Below the pieces are notes generated by a model. The model saw only the letters and a program-made list of their open reading frames with translations, ran no database searches and was not told where the DNA came from. DNA of 64,000 bases from Eledone cirrhosa (taxonomy: Eukaryota). The position numbers and the translations under genes were made by a program. Below are positions 41,272 through 56,118 of this stretch, one piece after another. Location: NCBI GenBank assembly GCA_964016885.1, contig OZ024745.1, positions 39,680,001 through 39,744,000 of the forward strand. The letters run 5' to 3'. Every line of letters begins with the position of its first letter. Position 1 is the stretch's first letter.

Positions 41272-41426
41272 ATAATTGTTTCTACTTTTGGCACAAGGTC
41301 AGCAATTACGCAGTACATTACTGGTACTTTATTTTATCGACCCTGTAAGGATGAAAGGCAAAAGTAACCTCGGCGGGATTTGAACTCAGACCATAAAGGG
41401 CCGTAACTCTTTACTGCCAATCCACA
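41272..41426 (-). mobile_element. SINE
   Basis: Reverse complement of SINE core and tail. Confidence 0.88.
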
Positions 41427-44005
41427 ATGTGATAAATCAAGTAAATATATAGTAAATAAGGAAGATAATACATACATAAATAAATAAATATCGAGGTAAA
41501 GTTATATTTTGCAGAAAATATTTTTAAAAAATATAAAAAGATAATAAATAACAAATAATTCACAATAAATAAAGTAACAATACCAAAAACAAAAAAGTAC
41601 ACCGTGCAAATGTACTTCAATGGTAATTACCACCACATTTAGTTCAGCATAAGGCAAACCAATTGAAGAGAATATAAAGCATAGACAGTTTGTCTGGCTC
41701 ATGCTGGGAGATACAATAAAATTCATTTACATGAAAGTGTACCAAATGAACTGTCCCTAAGTTTTCAGTGTCATATATACGGAAAAAATCAGAAAAAATA
41801 TTCAGCACACGAGCAAGTTAATCTTACGATTACGAGAGTCTGTTGAATATAACATCAGTTATTTTGATTTAATTGGTTGGATGTTAATGATTCTTGATCA
41901 TATAGTAAAAGAAAATAACACATTTAGAATAGAGTATTTCATCCATCTGCTTGACACATTAACTTTGTGTTTATTCCATTCTTATTATATATCATAAGCG
42001 ATAGCAATCAATATGTTAATGGGATATTAATGATGTAATAATATTCTTAAATTAGATAAATCTTTGGTGCAGTGTATGTTTCAAATGATCTCGCATTTCT
42101 TAATAATACGTTTAATGATTTCCATAACGTCAGCATGTTTGCCTAATAGCTGGAATGTATATATACATGCCTGTGAGAGTGATTGTATTTATATAACATT
42201 AATTTAGTTTGCTACACAATAATTTCGAGCTACGTGGTATTGTGTGCCATACGTTGCCAATCGTGCCATATTTCGTAGCATTTCTTTTTCATATATGTCT
42301 AATGTAATATCTATACCCTGTTCAACCGCAATATGTTTGTAAAATCCGTCTTTTATCTGAAGTTACGCCGTGTTACTTTTATGTTAATTAAGTTGCGAAA
42401 TCGAGAGCTTTTGCATTTGATGTGTAATACGTGCGAATATTTAAATTTCTGCATATTTACGAATGTTATTCTCTTCCTTATTTCGTCAGTAAAGAGATTT
42501 CAGAGTCAATATCTTTATTAATACCTTATGTGGTATAGGTTTATTCATGTCACCTTTATCTGTCGAATACTCTGCACAATCAGATTCGGATATGCTGCTG
42601 TGATTTATATTTGTTTATTTATAATTGCATTCATATAATTTTATATTCAGTGCTATTATCTACAAGGTCACATATATCGCTGACCTTAACTCTTACATCT
42701 GTCATTCAAAAGTGATACAGAAGAATCCGTGCTGGGTTTACTATAGCATTCTTCTTTCAACAAATTCATTTGACAAGATATATGTAGCAACGTCAACTCT
42801 AACTATCATTTCTATAACCCTTTTGATAAATGTGTCTATATAAACTAATCCTGTCCAATTATGTATTAACATAATTGCATAATACTACTACTACTACTAC
42901 TACTACAATATCAACAATGGCAGTAACAGGACATACCCATATCTATTGGGTGGTCTACTTTAATATATACCAGGTTCCACAAGTAGATATCAAACGTATG
43001 ATGAAAATATGTTACACATGTTTGATACTTGAAAATCTGCACCAATCTGTGTCGATATAATGGAGTATAACAATGTTTACCAATTCGAGGATCTCCGACG
43101 CAAACATATAGAGTGAAACGTTGTTAAACTAGACCTCATTTAGCCGGATACCACCTAAATCGAATGAAAACTAATGTGTGAGTATGTCTGTCATTGTAGA
43201 GTTTCGTCAACAGATTTTTTGGAGTATTTGATCTGAATGTTCTAAATGAGTGATGTACACTTACCGAAGATTGGAAATGCGCAATACATATGTTCTCCGT
43301 TCGCACAATTTATCAAGGATCCCAATGTAAGCTTGTTTTCTGTCCATCGTTAAAATATTGCTAGATTTTTCATGAAATAACATGGTGATATTCACTGTTG
43401 TTTTTGAGTGTGATTAATTGGATATTGTCAAGTGGAAGGAATGAAAGTGAGCGACGCTTCCCTTGTATACAACTGCTTTATTATTCGCTGCTAGACCAGT
43501 CTCTCTGAAATATACTCATATGCTTTATATCACAACACACTCCCCGTTAACTAGCTTCTTGACGCACCTTCTATTACATTACATTGACGCGTGCTTTTCC
43601 TGATATAATGTATCTATATACAGTTTGTTACTTATATACGTTTTGTCATATGTTTATCTAGTTCAAAGTATGATCTAATAAACACTAAGTTTATGTGATA
43701 GGAACCTCTATGAGAATTTATTACTTATGAATAATACCAGCTGCCATAAAGAATCTTGTCGTAATTAACTTTGAAACCTTATACCATACACAGAATTCAC
43801 ACCTGCATGCTGTGTGGGCACAGTAGTCACACTCACAATTTGTTTCGTTTCATTCATTGTTATTTCAGTCAATGGGGACGGTTTAATCATAATCCGATGC
43901 TGTGTATTCATCAAAGTATTTTATTCCACAACACTTCCATAATAACAAATTCAAACGTCCGCTGCCATTATTTTCAAATTTAGTGATCATGGAGTGAATA
44001 ATTAA

Positions 44006-44180
44006 TTCTACTTTTGGCACAAAGCAAGCAATTACGCAGTACATTACTGGTACTATATTTTATCGGCCCCGTAAGGATGAAAGACAAAGTTAACCCCGGA
44101 ACTCAGATCATAAAGGGACGTAACTCTATGTTTCAAAGCATTGTGTCCGACTCTCTATCGATACTGACAATCCACCGCCC
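44006..44180 (-). mobile_element. SINE
   Basis: Reverse complement of the full SINE with a small deletion. Confidence 0.85.
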
Positions 44181-47100
44181 ATGTAGTGTATAATAATACC
44201 ACGTAAGAAGAGGCAGGAACCACAAACGCTGTGGACATAAAAACATCACGAAGAGGACAGATGACTTCATTAAGTGTAAATATCCCCTAGTGTATCCGGT
44301 GTGTATAATAGGGCTAAAACGTAGCTGTTTTGGTCGTCACTTCAAATATCGAAGCCTTGTAATGTGAGACTATTTTTTTAATATCTTTGTCTGTTCTATT
44401 AAAAAACTACAGTTGCGATGCACCCGCTAAATGCAGGAGTTTATAGAGTTCTGTACGTCCACGAATATTGGAATATATAATGTACTATGTGCGAGTGCAC
44501 ACATATTATTCGAAGAAATCGCGATTCAATATGCTTACATTTAAAGCTTTTGTTGTGTCACAGTTCATTCCAGCAATACAACATACCCACTATTATTATC
44601 TCAAACATTCAATTGATGAGTGTGAGGATGTTTTAGATTCCGGACCAAAGATCTGTACACTCAAATAGTCATGAATTTGTCAGTGTGTATGGAAAATAAA
44701 CTGCAACCTCCTGTCACACAATAGGAATTGTAAAACCTTCGCACTAGATGAGGTTGTGATTTTTAAAACTATAACGAGGATATTTAGACGACGTTTTCAT
44801 TGTGATAGAACAGTGGGCCATCGTTGGAAAGCACGAGGAAAAGAACTCAGTAAGACCACGAAATATTTCAAGTTTGTGATATATAATTCAGAAGCTTCAC
44901 TGAAATGTGTCACAGTAGCCTATGTTTCAAATACACTTCTGTTCAGTGCGGAGGTAAAATAGACATGTGGAGGATTGGCGATAGAAAAATACATAGTTAC
45001 CTAGTTAGAATAGAGATAGTTATTTTATTAAATGAATAATGAATATCTTATAATATAATGCGGAAGAGGTATCCGGCAAATACATGCTTAAGAAATTACA
45101 TCTCTCTATCATACGAGATTACATGAAAACAACATTTCGTACATCCACCGATTAACAAAAACTGATGTTCCACGATATTATCAAGACATTTTAGCATTAA
45201 GAGACCTGATTGTCTGAAGGCTGCACCAGCAAGTGAGGGAATTGAACATTTCCACATTCTTCTACAGTTTCGACAATGCAGCTGTTAGTAAACATGTTAA
45301 TGATATCCATAACCCACTTATTAATTCGGTCTTTATTGAAATACTTAATAATTCTACAAGTGGTAAAAGCCCTAATCCAAACATCACCACATCTAACCGA
45401 GCTGCAATATTTCACAGATAAATGAATTGAACGACGTATGTTATTAACTCATCAACCTAAAATACTGTAAATTTCAAAGCAGCAAATAATGCATTTTTTT
45501 ATTATCCCGTTCGGTTTATAATGCGTATATTTCTAATACCATGTACATCGTATTGTTAATGAATAACCCGAGAAGGCTGCTACAATGGACGTCCTTTGTC
45601 GGGTATTATAACGCATTAATGAGGAGCAAATGTAAAATTTCAGATACAAATGTAATATAGGATAGAACATTGAGTCTGTGCTGTAACAGATTTTCGTTCT
45701 CTGTACGCTGGAACTCGGAATATTTGAACAAATATGTCATTACTATTTATATATCATTCCTATGGGAATGTCTGCACGGGTTAATTAAACTACACGATTT
45801 GGCTACTCTGTTTATTAGCAAACGGAAAATGAAACAAACGAAACGTAAATTCCATCAATCATGTTTTATTAAAATTACTCCATCTTTTTTTCGTTTTATG
45901 AATCTGTCACTTATGAAAAATAATAATCTACGTGTGTGACAAATCTGACAGCAAATAATTAGAGACTTTGCTGAAAATTAGTTATACTCATTGCCTATCT
46001 ATCGCTAATATAAGCGAAGAACACTCAATAAATCTTATCAGCCACCTTCGAAATTTATATGGTGTAAATATCTGCGGGCTCATAACTTATGATATATAGA
46101 TATTATGGGCTTATGAAAAGACATAGCGTTTTATTCAATTATGTATCTGACCATAACATTCTGTTTCTCAATGGTGTATAAAACTACTGGATATAGTACA
46201 TAATTTTATGAATTCAAATTTTATTGTCTGCTATTTATCATACATGTTCTCATCCCTTAAGTGTTATAGACTGAAACGACAATAGACATTGATTTTGTTG
46301 TCGAAATTACTGATATGCATGTGCAACTGGTGTAATGTACTAACAATGTGGACGAAATTGTTAAATTTAACACTTCACGTTGTAGCGAGTAATACTGGGT
46401 CAATAGAATGTGCTATATTTTTACTCAGGTAAAAATGTAATTACTACTTTAATAACCAATTTGTTTGATATCAAAGCCGAATTGTTATGAAGGTCACAAC
46501 GAAATTATGCGTCTCTTGGAATTTGGGTCCAGAGATTTTGTTCTATAGCCTGTTTGTTGGATCCTGAGTATAAAGTTAATAGAATGCATATCTGTGAATT
46601 GCTGAATCGTTCTCACGTTGATTTAAAGAGTTTGCAGTTTCATTGACTGCATAACTGGAATCACATACACATCCATATTGTATCACTAGTCAGATAGGAT
46701 ACACCCAAACCCAGTACAGTAATTATATAAGTTATGTAATCTTTCATGGTGCTTGAATTTGGAAGAGTAATACCAGATCCAACACATACATATTTAATTA
46801 AATGATTTGAACACCAATCATGGTTACAAATTTCAGCTATCATGGGTATATGCAACACGAAGATATGGCTTTCTTCATTATATAATTGTGCATATGACTA
46901 AGGAACATACAATCTGTAAAGTTAAAACCATTTCGGAAATTACAAAAGCTATCTTAGTAGCAGATTTCGAAGGCAGATCTGGAATTGTGATGTTAAATGT
47001 GCTAAATATGTCTGACACGTGTGTAGCTAAATTACAAGATGGGTGTTATTTACTGCATGTAGTTTTATGGCTTCGACCAAATGGATCTGATGAGAACGAT

Positions 47101-47784
47101 GTATAAAGCCAAGAAGCCGTTCGAGAATATCATAAATAATAATGCAAATTAAGCATGCTCCATATAACCTTAGAAAATGTTGGAACAGATTTTACCGATA
47201 AGCGAAATATTAGATAAATTTTGTACCTGGAACGATAACAAATTCATAATGTGTGTTAACGGCTCGCCTATAAGTGAATTAGCTAATATGTATAGCAAGA
47301 CTGAGCTGCAGATTAAGATAATATAGAAAATTAGACAATCTATACAATTTTTCATTAGTTATTTGCAGCTATTTGCTAAAGGAATGTAAGAATGACAGCG
47401 AATTAGACAAACCTATACACATATGGACTATAAAATTAGAAACTTCCTCTGCTGTATAGAGTGTCTAAATATGCGATGTTAACTTGGCATAAATGTAAAG
47501 CTAGCATAAGACAATTTATTATATAATTATGCCAAACATTCAACCATTATGAAACAGCAAATACTATATCTGAGCCAAACAAGGAGCTTCCATGTGGTCG
47601 CTATGCATGCTAGGAATGGCAAATGCATCACAAATTAATTACAAAAAAGGAGAGCTATAACGAATAACATATTCCTAGATACGACGTTATTCACAATAGA
47701 CTGGCATATTGTTGTTAAATGTTGAAAGGCATTTGATCCTTCCCTGATTTATCACGTTTGACGCAGGAAGAAACAATGTGGCTG

Positions 47785-48160
47785 TATCTGGAGTTAATGA
47801 ACAATGATAACCTGGAGCGACTCCATTGTCTTGATATGGTGATAACTGATTCAAACTTGAGATAATTAAAATGTTGATCTGGAGTTATTTAACATTTTTG
47901 ATCTACAGCTAAGGAGAGTGTTTAGTTTCATATTATTAGCAAGCTTCATTTGGGGCTCGGTGATAACTAGCACATTTGATATGTAGTTAATCAACAGGGC
48001 TAATCTGAAGATAATTAACATGGTTAATACAGAGCTAATTAACATGTTGATCTGTGATTGAGATTTAACATTGAAACTGGAGATAATTCACAGCGTTGAT
48101 ATGGAAATATAAACTTGGTAAACCTGGAGGTAATTAATATATTTGATATGGAGTTAACTT
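47785..48160. repeat. Degenerate ~23-24 bp minisatellite
   Basis: Recurring ctggagataattaacatgttgat-like units. Confidence 0.6.
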
Positions 48161-49026
48161 ATTTAGTACGCTTTTCTCAATGTTAACAGTGTGTAACGTT
48201 GATTATACTATCTACATTGTAAAGTGTGTTGTTAAACGAAATAGCATTAAATTACAGCGAATAGGGAGAGATATTACCGAACGGTTGGATACAGAAGGAA
48301 TAATAGATAATTCATAGGTCTACCATCACCACAGGGTTAACATGTCTGATTAAGAGAAACTTCTCATTTCAGAGATGAGAGGTTTATGCTGGTCTAAATT
48401 TTAAAAAAAGGTTTCGAGATGGTTTCATAACTGACTGCCGAAGACTACGCCAATGCCATATATAAAACCATTTATTTCTACAAATTCAAAGGCGTCATGT
48501 TATTAGTGCATCATTTTAGGAGACCAATCTAGATGTCCATCTCATTAAAGGAAATAAAATAAATATATAAACGTTTCTCTAAATTAGCAAAACAAATAAA
48601 AAATGATTTATTCATTTAGAAAATACATGAATTTACAATGCACTTATTGAAATGTGTCTGAAGGAATTTGCTTGCGAAATAATGTCTAATTACATGAGCC
48701 AGGAAAAAATGTTCAGTAAATATAGCTGGAGGACAAACATTGAGGTGGAAGATATAATTCAAACATCTATAAGCATAATTAAATATGCATAAATGTACTG
48801 AAAAAGAAAGGCAAATGAGATTTGAAACATTCCATGTAGACTGATGGAGAAAAAAAATGAACAATTCAAGGGATGTCGCTACAGACATGTTTAAAAATGA
48901 ATAATAATGTTATTGAAAAAAATAATTCCTATTCTTTAAAAAACAATGATTTGGGTTCAAACTGTATCTCATCACGAATGCCTAAATATCTCAAGACAAC
49001 TTTATCAAATATTATTAGTATATACC

Positions 49027-49212
49027 TGGATTGGCAGTATCGTTAGGGGGTCGGACACCAAGCATAGAAGCATAGTTACGCCCCTTTACGGTCTGAGTTC
49101 AAATCCCGCCGAGGTTAACTTTGCCTCTCATCCTTACGGGGTCGATAAAATAAAGCACCAGTACTGCATGGGATAATTACTGGCTTTGTGCCAAAAGTAG
49201 AAACAATTATTA
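49027..49212 (+). mobile_element. tRNA-derived SINE
   Basis: A/B boxes, core and tail. Confidence 0.9.
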
Positions 49213-50245
49213 ATATATGCATATATTAATATGTATATATATATATATTTAAAGGTTAAACAAGGTTCAATGAGACAAGGAAGAATACTTTTTATAGATA
49301 AGGCTTATGGATACTTTAGGGCATTCTAATTGTTAATTTTAAATTTTTAAGGTTATAATTGAAATTACTTTCTAAATTATATAATGATTATTATTTTTTA
49401 ATATAAAATCGCTATAATATAAAAAAAAATTTGTTTAATATAATTTAATATGGATTACCTTCGAGATGAAGAAAATATTAAGTCTCTTCTTTCTCATGGT
49501 TGCAAATACTTTAAATATGTTATTATAAATTAATATGAGAGTATACTTTAATATAAATACTTATACAGTTTTATAGCCCGAAAAATTATTCTGAACTAAC
49601 ATAAATGATTCGAAATTTAACGGTCATCCGCATACGTTTGGATATATATAATTGATTAATAGTATATTTCTAACTAACTTAAGGACTCGAAATTAAACCC
49701 TCATATAATTACACCCAGATATATTTAATATTTAGATTGATTGATTATTTCTAGATAATTCAAAGATTCGAAATTATTATTTCACAAAGCTATGCCCAAA
49801 TGTATATTTATGTATTTATATATAAATATATATATATATTTTTGCATCATCTGATTATACGCTATTTATCCACAACAATACAAATCTCCCTCCCTATACT
49901 TTATACTATAACCATTCTTCTTCCTTGTCTCTCTATCCCTAATCAATTATCTTTTGATTTTGTGCATAAGATATCACAATACTTCTAGTAACTATCTTTT
50001 TCCTGATCTGTTTCTCTCTCTGTCTCTCTTCTTTCATCAATAATTTAAATTAATTGAATCTGTAACAGTTATATAAATTGCTATTATGTATTTTTTAAGC
50101 TTTCTCACACGCACCCTCTGTATTATATGGACTTTTTTCATCTCTCAATCTTAAGGTATATAAATATTGAGTTTTGTCATATCTTATTCACTACCCTGAC
50201 TGAATCTTAACCATCTACTAAGTTAGGGTATGTCATGCATCATCT

Positions 50246-50312
50246 TATTTTATCCGATGAGGACGTACTGTTGAAGATAGCTCAGCACCTCTGAAATATG
50301 TATAATAAAATA
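50246..50312 (+). ncRNA. Hammerhead-like motif, CCGAUGA core
   Basis: tattttat-CCGATGA-...-GAAAT-atgt-ATA-ataaaata; 8 bp stem I; ~45 bp upstream of (TA)n. Confidence 0.65.
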
Positions 50313-50356
50313 TACTTGATCACACGAATGTCTATATTTGTTAATATTTTGAATTA

Positions 50357-50485
<129 letters not shown>

Positions 50486-51364
50486 TAGTGAGGGTGTTGA
50501 AGTTTTTACTATTACTCTACTCTTCAGAATTCTGTTCGAATGCTGTCCTGAGACATGCTTTGGCTGGGTGAGGAGTGACTGTAACCCCAGTTTTCAAAAG
50601 TATTTCGGACGTGAATTGAATTATAAAATTCAAATATGTTGGTCAAAAGCTCAAATGATATGATGTCCCCTTTTTTGATAGCAAAGAGTGATGTCTTATG
50701 TCCTCCTGCAAAAAGAAGTGTGATAAAATAACGATTTAAATGGGTGAAAATAAACATTCGGGTGTTATATGCAATACGTGACAACAAACGAACAAACAAA
50801 ACAATAACAATACTAATAAATTGTGTATATATGGGGGAGAATGAAGAAGAGTTTGGGTGTGTACTTGTTTGTTTGTTTATGTGTGTTTATGTTTGTTTGT
50901 TTATGTTTGTTTGTTTATGTTTGTTTGTTTATTGTTGTTTATTTATGTATATGTTTGTATGTGTGTGTTAATGTGCAGCTGATGTGAAGCTAAGTATGTG
51001 AGTGAAGCTAACTGTCAGTCTTGAAAGAAATAGTCTGAGAGTGTGGGAAGGTATAATTTACTCTCTTCCTTATTTGTTATAGGACTCCGAGAAGTAATCA
51101 ATAGCAAGACTAAGTAAATTCGTGTAAATCGATAATGTTGACACGAATACTGAATATGTGACATGCCTATTACATTGAATATCAATTAGGTATACTTCTG
51201 ATCAATGATATTGTATTATTGCAGTTGTGTTGTGTTGATTTGCCAATAATATTGCGACATACATTATATGTAACTCCTTGTAGTATTGTAAGCATATATA
51301 TTTGCGCGTGTGTAAGTATGTATACGTGTATAAGCTTGTACACATTTACACACATACAAATACA

Positions 51365-51430
<66 letters not shown>

Positions 51431-51433
<3 letters not shown>

Positions 51434-54027
51434 CGTTTCTGAATTTGTTTAGCAAGATTCTTTATCTGAAATCGTGTGTTGAAACCGATATTGTTATACT
51501 TTGGGAGGGTCATGTTGCCAATAAGAAACACACGCACCAGTTGCTTTCACTTCAATTTAATTTATTATATATTTATAAATTTACAAATTTATAAATTTCT
51601 GGTTGGTTGGTTGGTTCCACAACCAGATAGTTGTTTATATATATATAGTCATAGTTCTTTCGTCACACACTCTGTGACCTCTTCAGTGACTGGGGATTTC
51701 TTTCTTCGTTTCTGTGCTTTTCCTTTCTTCTATCCTACGCCATTTTGTTTGTGTGTGGGTTGCGTGCTCAGTTTGCGCATGCGCCACATCCGGGTGTCTG
51801 TGTGTGTTTGTGTTCATTTTTCTATTTTTCTATTTATATTTGTTTGTTTATTTATTTATTTATTGTTGGTTGGTTGTTTGTTCTATGTGTGTGTGTGTTT
51901 TCATTGAAGTGAAAGCAACTGGTGCGTGTGTTTCTTATTGGCAACATGACCCTCCCAAAGTATAACAATATCGGTTTCAACACACGATTTCAGATAAAGA
52001 ATCTTGCTAAACAAATTCAGAAACGAAATATCGTAAGCCTTAGCCAGGCTAACAAGATACTGAAAACCACCATGTTCTGTTGTCTACGAAAAACCATAAC
52101 ATCTCGACAACTACACTTCATAAAACTGTGCACCACTTCTAGAATCTACACCAACACCATCAATACCGACGTTAGAAGATTACAACTCACCAAAAAACAA
52201 GCAGATAGGCTAAAACGAACTTTAATTCTAAACATAAAAAAGAAGATCTATAGAGAATTAAGTCATCAAGAAAAACTAAAGCGTAACCTAATAGATGAAA
52301 TATCTAAAATCACCACACCTGCAGAAAAACTAACATTTATAAGCCTTATACGCCCCGAAGAACAGTACATTACTCAAGAATGTAATAAGCACTTTAACAG
52401 AAAATTAAAGTGGCTTAAACAGGCAAAGCTAAATCGGGATACTATAGAGTATACCAATAGATATCCCGACAAAATTGACGGTATCAACATGGCCGACACC
52501 TCATTATCTGAAGAGTTCAACAATGAAAATACCAACATTTATGGAAACACGGAAATAGATAATAATGAAATGTCTGTGTTACGTCTGCCACCCAAATTTG
52601 CGACATTCAAGAAGGTAAATATGATTGGTTGTCTGTCAGAAATAGAGAAATCATTTACGAAACTACGCTGGAGCATCAAAAACAAAAACAAAAGCAACAA
52701 TATACGCATACACATATACAACACACATCCCAACAACAACAGACACACAGACACAAACAACAATAACAACAACAATAGCAACATACCCAGATACAACACC
52801 AACAATAGCAACATACCCAGATACAACAGACACGCAGACACAAACAACAATAACAACACACACGGAGACAACAATAACAACAACACACACATCAACAACA
52901 ACAACAACAGCAACATACCCAGATACAACAACAACAGACACGCAAACACAAACAACAATAACAACACACACAACAACGATAACACACACACACACGGAGA
53001 CAACAACAACACACATCAACAACAACACACATCAACAACAACAACACACACACATTCAATGCCTCTCACCACCACCACAATCTTAACAAACACACAGACA
53101 CAGAAAACAAGTAATGACAGTAGCACAGAAATCAGAGAAATAAGAGAAAGTAATAGGATTAAAAGGAGAAGGGAGACTAAGGACAAAGAGAATAACCAAG
53201 ACGAACACACAGACACACAAAATAGGGTAGATAACAACATTGAGCCAGTGGAAAGAGACAGGAGTAATTATGAGAGACATAGAAACAACCATGAAGCTGA
53301 GGCTGCTGCTGTTGGTGGAAATAGAAACAACACAACTAACAATAGCACTAGTACACATAAAGCAGCAGCCTGGAACTCTCCGTTTTATAACCCCTCCGAT
53401 AAATCATTCGACCTACGACGAGTCCACGCCACGACTTTGCCATTTAACAAACGCACGCAGTTGCCGTCGCAGGTCGATGAACAAACAGAAGCACAATTTA
53501 GTATAGCTAAATCCGAACTTAGAAATATTATAGAACAGTATAGCAAGAAGCATAATAGAATAGAGGCCCAGCAACTGGGAGAAGAATCTGCAAATGGCTT
53601 GCGTAAGCTCATGCAGCGCTCGCGTAATGGAGAGATAGCATGCTTTCCAACAGACAAGTCTGGCAGAATGTCGGTTGACAGCCTGCCAAACTACATCCAG
53701 GCAATGCAACCCCACATCACTAACACAAGAGAGGTAACACCACAGGAGCATGAGGATAGAGAAAAAACCCTCAATGCCCATATGGTGATGTGGACAAATA
53801 TAATGCAGCCCAACAAAAGGACTGCCAACAACTTCCAGGCCTGGAATAATGACGTGCCGGCGTTGTATGGGCTTCGAAAAGACCATAAAACGGGCTGGGA
53901 CCCTGTCGCGGGACCACCAGCACGGCCAGTCTGTGGGGCTAACATTGCTAGTAACTACAGACTGTCCTACTTCCTCTCCCTGATCATACGCCCCATCATT
54001 GAGATGTCCCCAGATGTGTGTGACAGC
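51431..54027 (+). mobile_element. Penelope-like element, 5' half preceded by inverted pseudo-LTR
   Basis: 51431-51555 is inverted relative to 51904-52029; 51489-51906 matches 55620-56035. Confidence 0.88.
51647..51691 (-). ncRNA. Minimal type I hammerhead ribozyme
   Basis: agtca-CTGAAGA-g-gtcac/agagtgt/gtgac-GAAAG-aa-CTA-tgact. Confidence 0.78.
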
Positions 54028-54042
54028 AATTTCGGCTTGTAA
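51944..54042 (+). CDS. PLE polyprotein N-terminal part, truncated before RT motif A
   Basis: LRLPPKFA, KLRW, TDKSGR, YGLRKDHK, GPPARPVCGA; probable start is the ATG of MTLPK; Asn/His/Thr-rich insert. Confidence 0.8.
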
Positions 54043-55150
54043 ACATAAATTGCACAAAACTTTCCTGTATTACAACCCCAGATTTTACCCTAACGTTTAG
54101 TACGATCTATACGCGGATATTTTACGTCTTGATGTTGTAGCTAAGTATATGCTATGTTTATACCATTACTTATTTGTATAGGTAACTATATATAACCTGT
54201 ATGCTTTGTGAAGTTACGTATACTTTCACGTACGTATATTTGATTGTATATGTTATGGCGTATATTTTATATATTCTGGTACATATGCTTTTGGTTATGT
54301 GTATACGTGAGTTTTGCGTCTGTGTGAGTATGCGGGTTCGTACGTATGTAGGGTGTGTGTATGTGTGTACTTCGTGTTTTTGTTGACGAACATATGTGTA
54401 TTTACAAGTAGGTATGTGTGTGCGCTTGTTATATACGTATTTATTTATTTATATACGTTTATTTAATTATTTGTATACACGCACACACACACACATATAT
54501 TTATATGTGCGTGTATTTGTATACCTATCGCGTGTGTTTTCGCGTATGCTTGTGTATGTACGTATATGGATGCGTGTATGTATTTATTTAATTTCAATTA
54601 CCTCTGTATTTTATTTACTTTATTCTTAACTCTGAAACCGAGAATCATTCGGTTTCGACTTCAGTAATACCATTTACGTGGTTTTGTCTTTGCGTGCAAT
54701 TGTTCTCCACGCTCCACATATGACGTACTATCTTCGTTTTTTCTGTTCGTTGCCAGAGAACGTCTCTATGAACCACCTAATAGAATATACGTCTACGACA
54801 TCTTTTATACCATTAACGTGGTTTTATCTTTGCGTGTAATTGTTTTTCACCGCTCCAAATAATGAGGTATTATATTCGTTTTTTCTCGTTCTTTGCCAGG
54901 GAACGTTTCCACGAACCAAGGTATCGTCTTCCTGTCTTCCTCCAGTTGCAACGTTTTTTGAAATATTCACTTCTGCTTTCACAGATTGACTTTGTTAGTT
55001 TCAGAAGATCCCATTAAGGGTGAAAGCAGCGATTCTTTGCTTAAACTTTAATCTGTTATATTAATAAATATTTGCTCTACGATTCTTATGTATTTGATAT
55101 ATACTTATCCTTATCGAGCCATCTTTGGATTTTAGTCTTCTTATTTATTA
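54030..55150 (+). mobile_element. Family A element (longest copy) with ~140 bp internal duplication
   Basis: Matches 36260-37095 and 1-245; 54669-54775 is repeated at 54809-54920. Confidence 0.8.
54997..55047 (+). ncRNA. Hammerhead-like motif, CAGAAGA core
   Basis: As 172-222 with one loop substitution. Confidence 0.6.
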
Positions 55151-55152
55151 GT

Positions 55153-55399
<247 letters not shown>

Positions 55400-55425
55400 T
55401 ATGTATATACACAAATATATATATA

Positions 55426-55540
55426 TATTAAAACAACAGATTAAAGTTTAAGCAAAGGATCGGTTCTTATATATCTGATATATATTTATCCTTATCGATC
55501 CCTCTTTGGATTTTAATCTTCAAATTTATTATTATTACTA
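55426..55540. mobile_element. Family A micro-element made of two outward-facing 3' ends
   Basis: 55426-55462 is an inverted 3' piece and 55463-55540 a forward 3' piece; (TA)n on both sides. Confidence 0.7.
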
Positions 55541-55542
55541 TA

Positions 55543-55625
<83 letters not shown>

Positions 55626-55776
55626 ATACTTTGGGAGGGTCATGTTGCCAATAAGAAACACACGCACCAGTTGCTTTCACTTCAATTTAATTTATTATAT
55701 ATTTATAAATTTACAAATTTATAAATTTCTGGTTGGTTGGTTGGTTCCACAACCAGATAGTTGTTTATATATAAAT

Positions 55777-55821
55777 AGTCATAGTTCTTTCGTCACACAC
55801 TCTGTGACCTCTTCAGTGACT
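55777..55821 (-). ncRNA. Minimal type I hammerhead ribozyme
   Basis: Same sequence as 51647-51691. Confidence 0.78.
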
Positions 55822-56118
55822 GGGGATTTCTTTCTTCGTTTCTGTGCCTTTCCTTTCTTCTATCCTACGCCATTTTGTTTGTGTGTGGGTTGCGTGCTCA
55901 GTTTGCGCATGCGCCACATCCGGGTGTCTGTGTGTGTTTGTGTTCATTTTTCTATTTTTCTATTTATATTTGTTTGTTTATTTATTTATTTATTGTTGGT
56001 TGGTTGTTTGTTCTATGTGTGTGTGTGTTTTCATTTTGTCTTGTGTGTGTTTTCCTTTTGTGTGTGTTTTCAATTGTAAGTTGTTTGTTCTATGTGTGTG
56101 TGTGTTTTCATTTTGTCC

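Noticed and set aside
44776-44805. GYLDDVFIV resembling an RT YxDD motif
   Set aside because: No flanking RT motifs or ORF; likely chance or part of a DNA-transposon remnant.
47785-48160. CRISPR-like array
   Set aside because: Units are contiguous and degenerate with no spacers and no cas genes, in a eukaryotic context.
51080-51200. CCGAGAA hammerhead candidate
   Set aside because: No downstream GAAA, NUH or stem I closure found.
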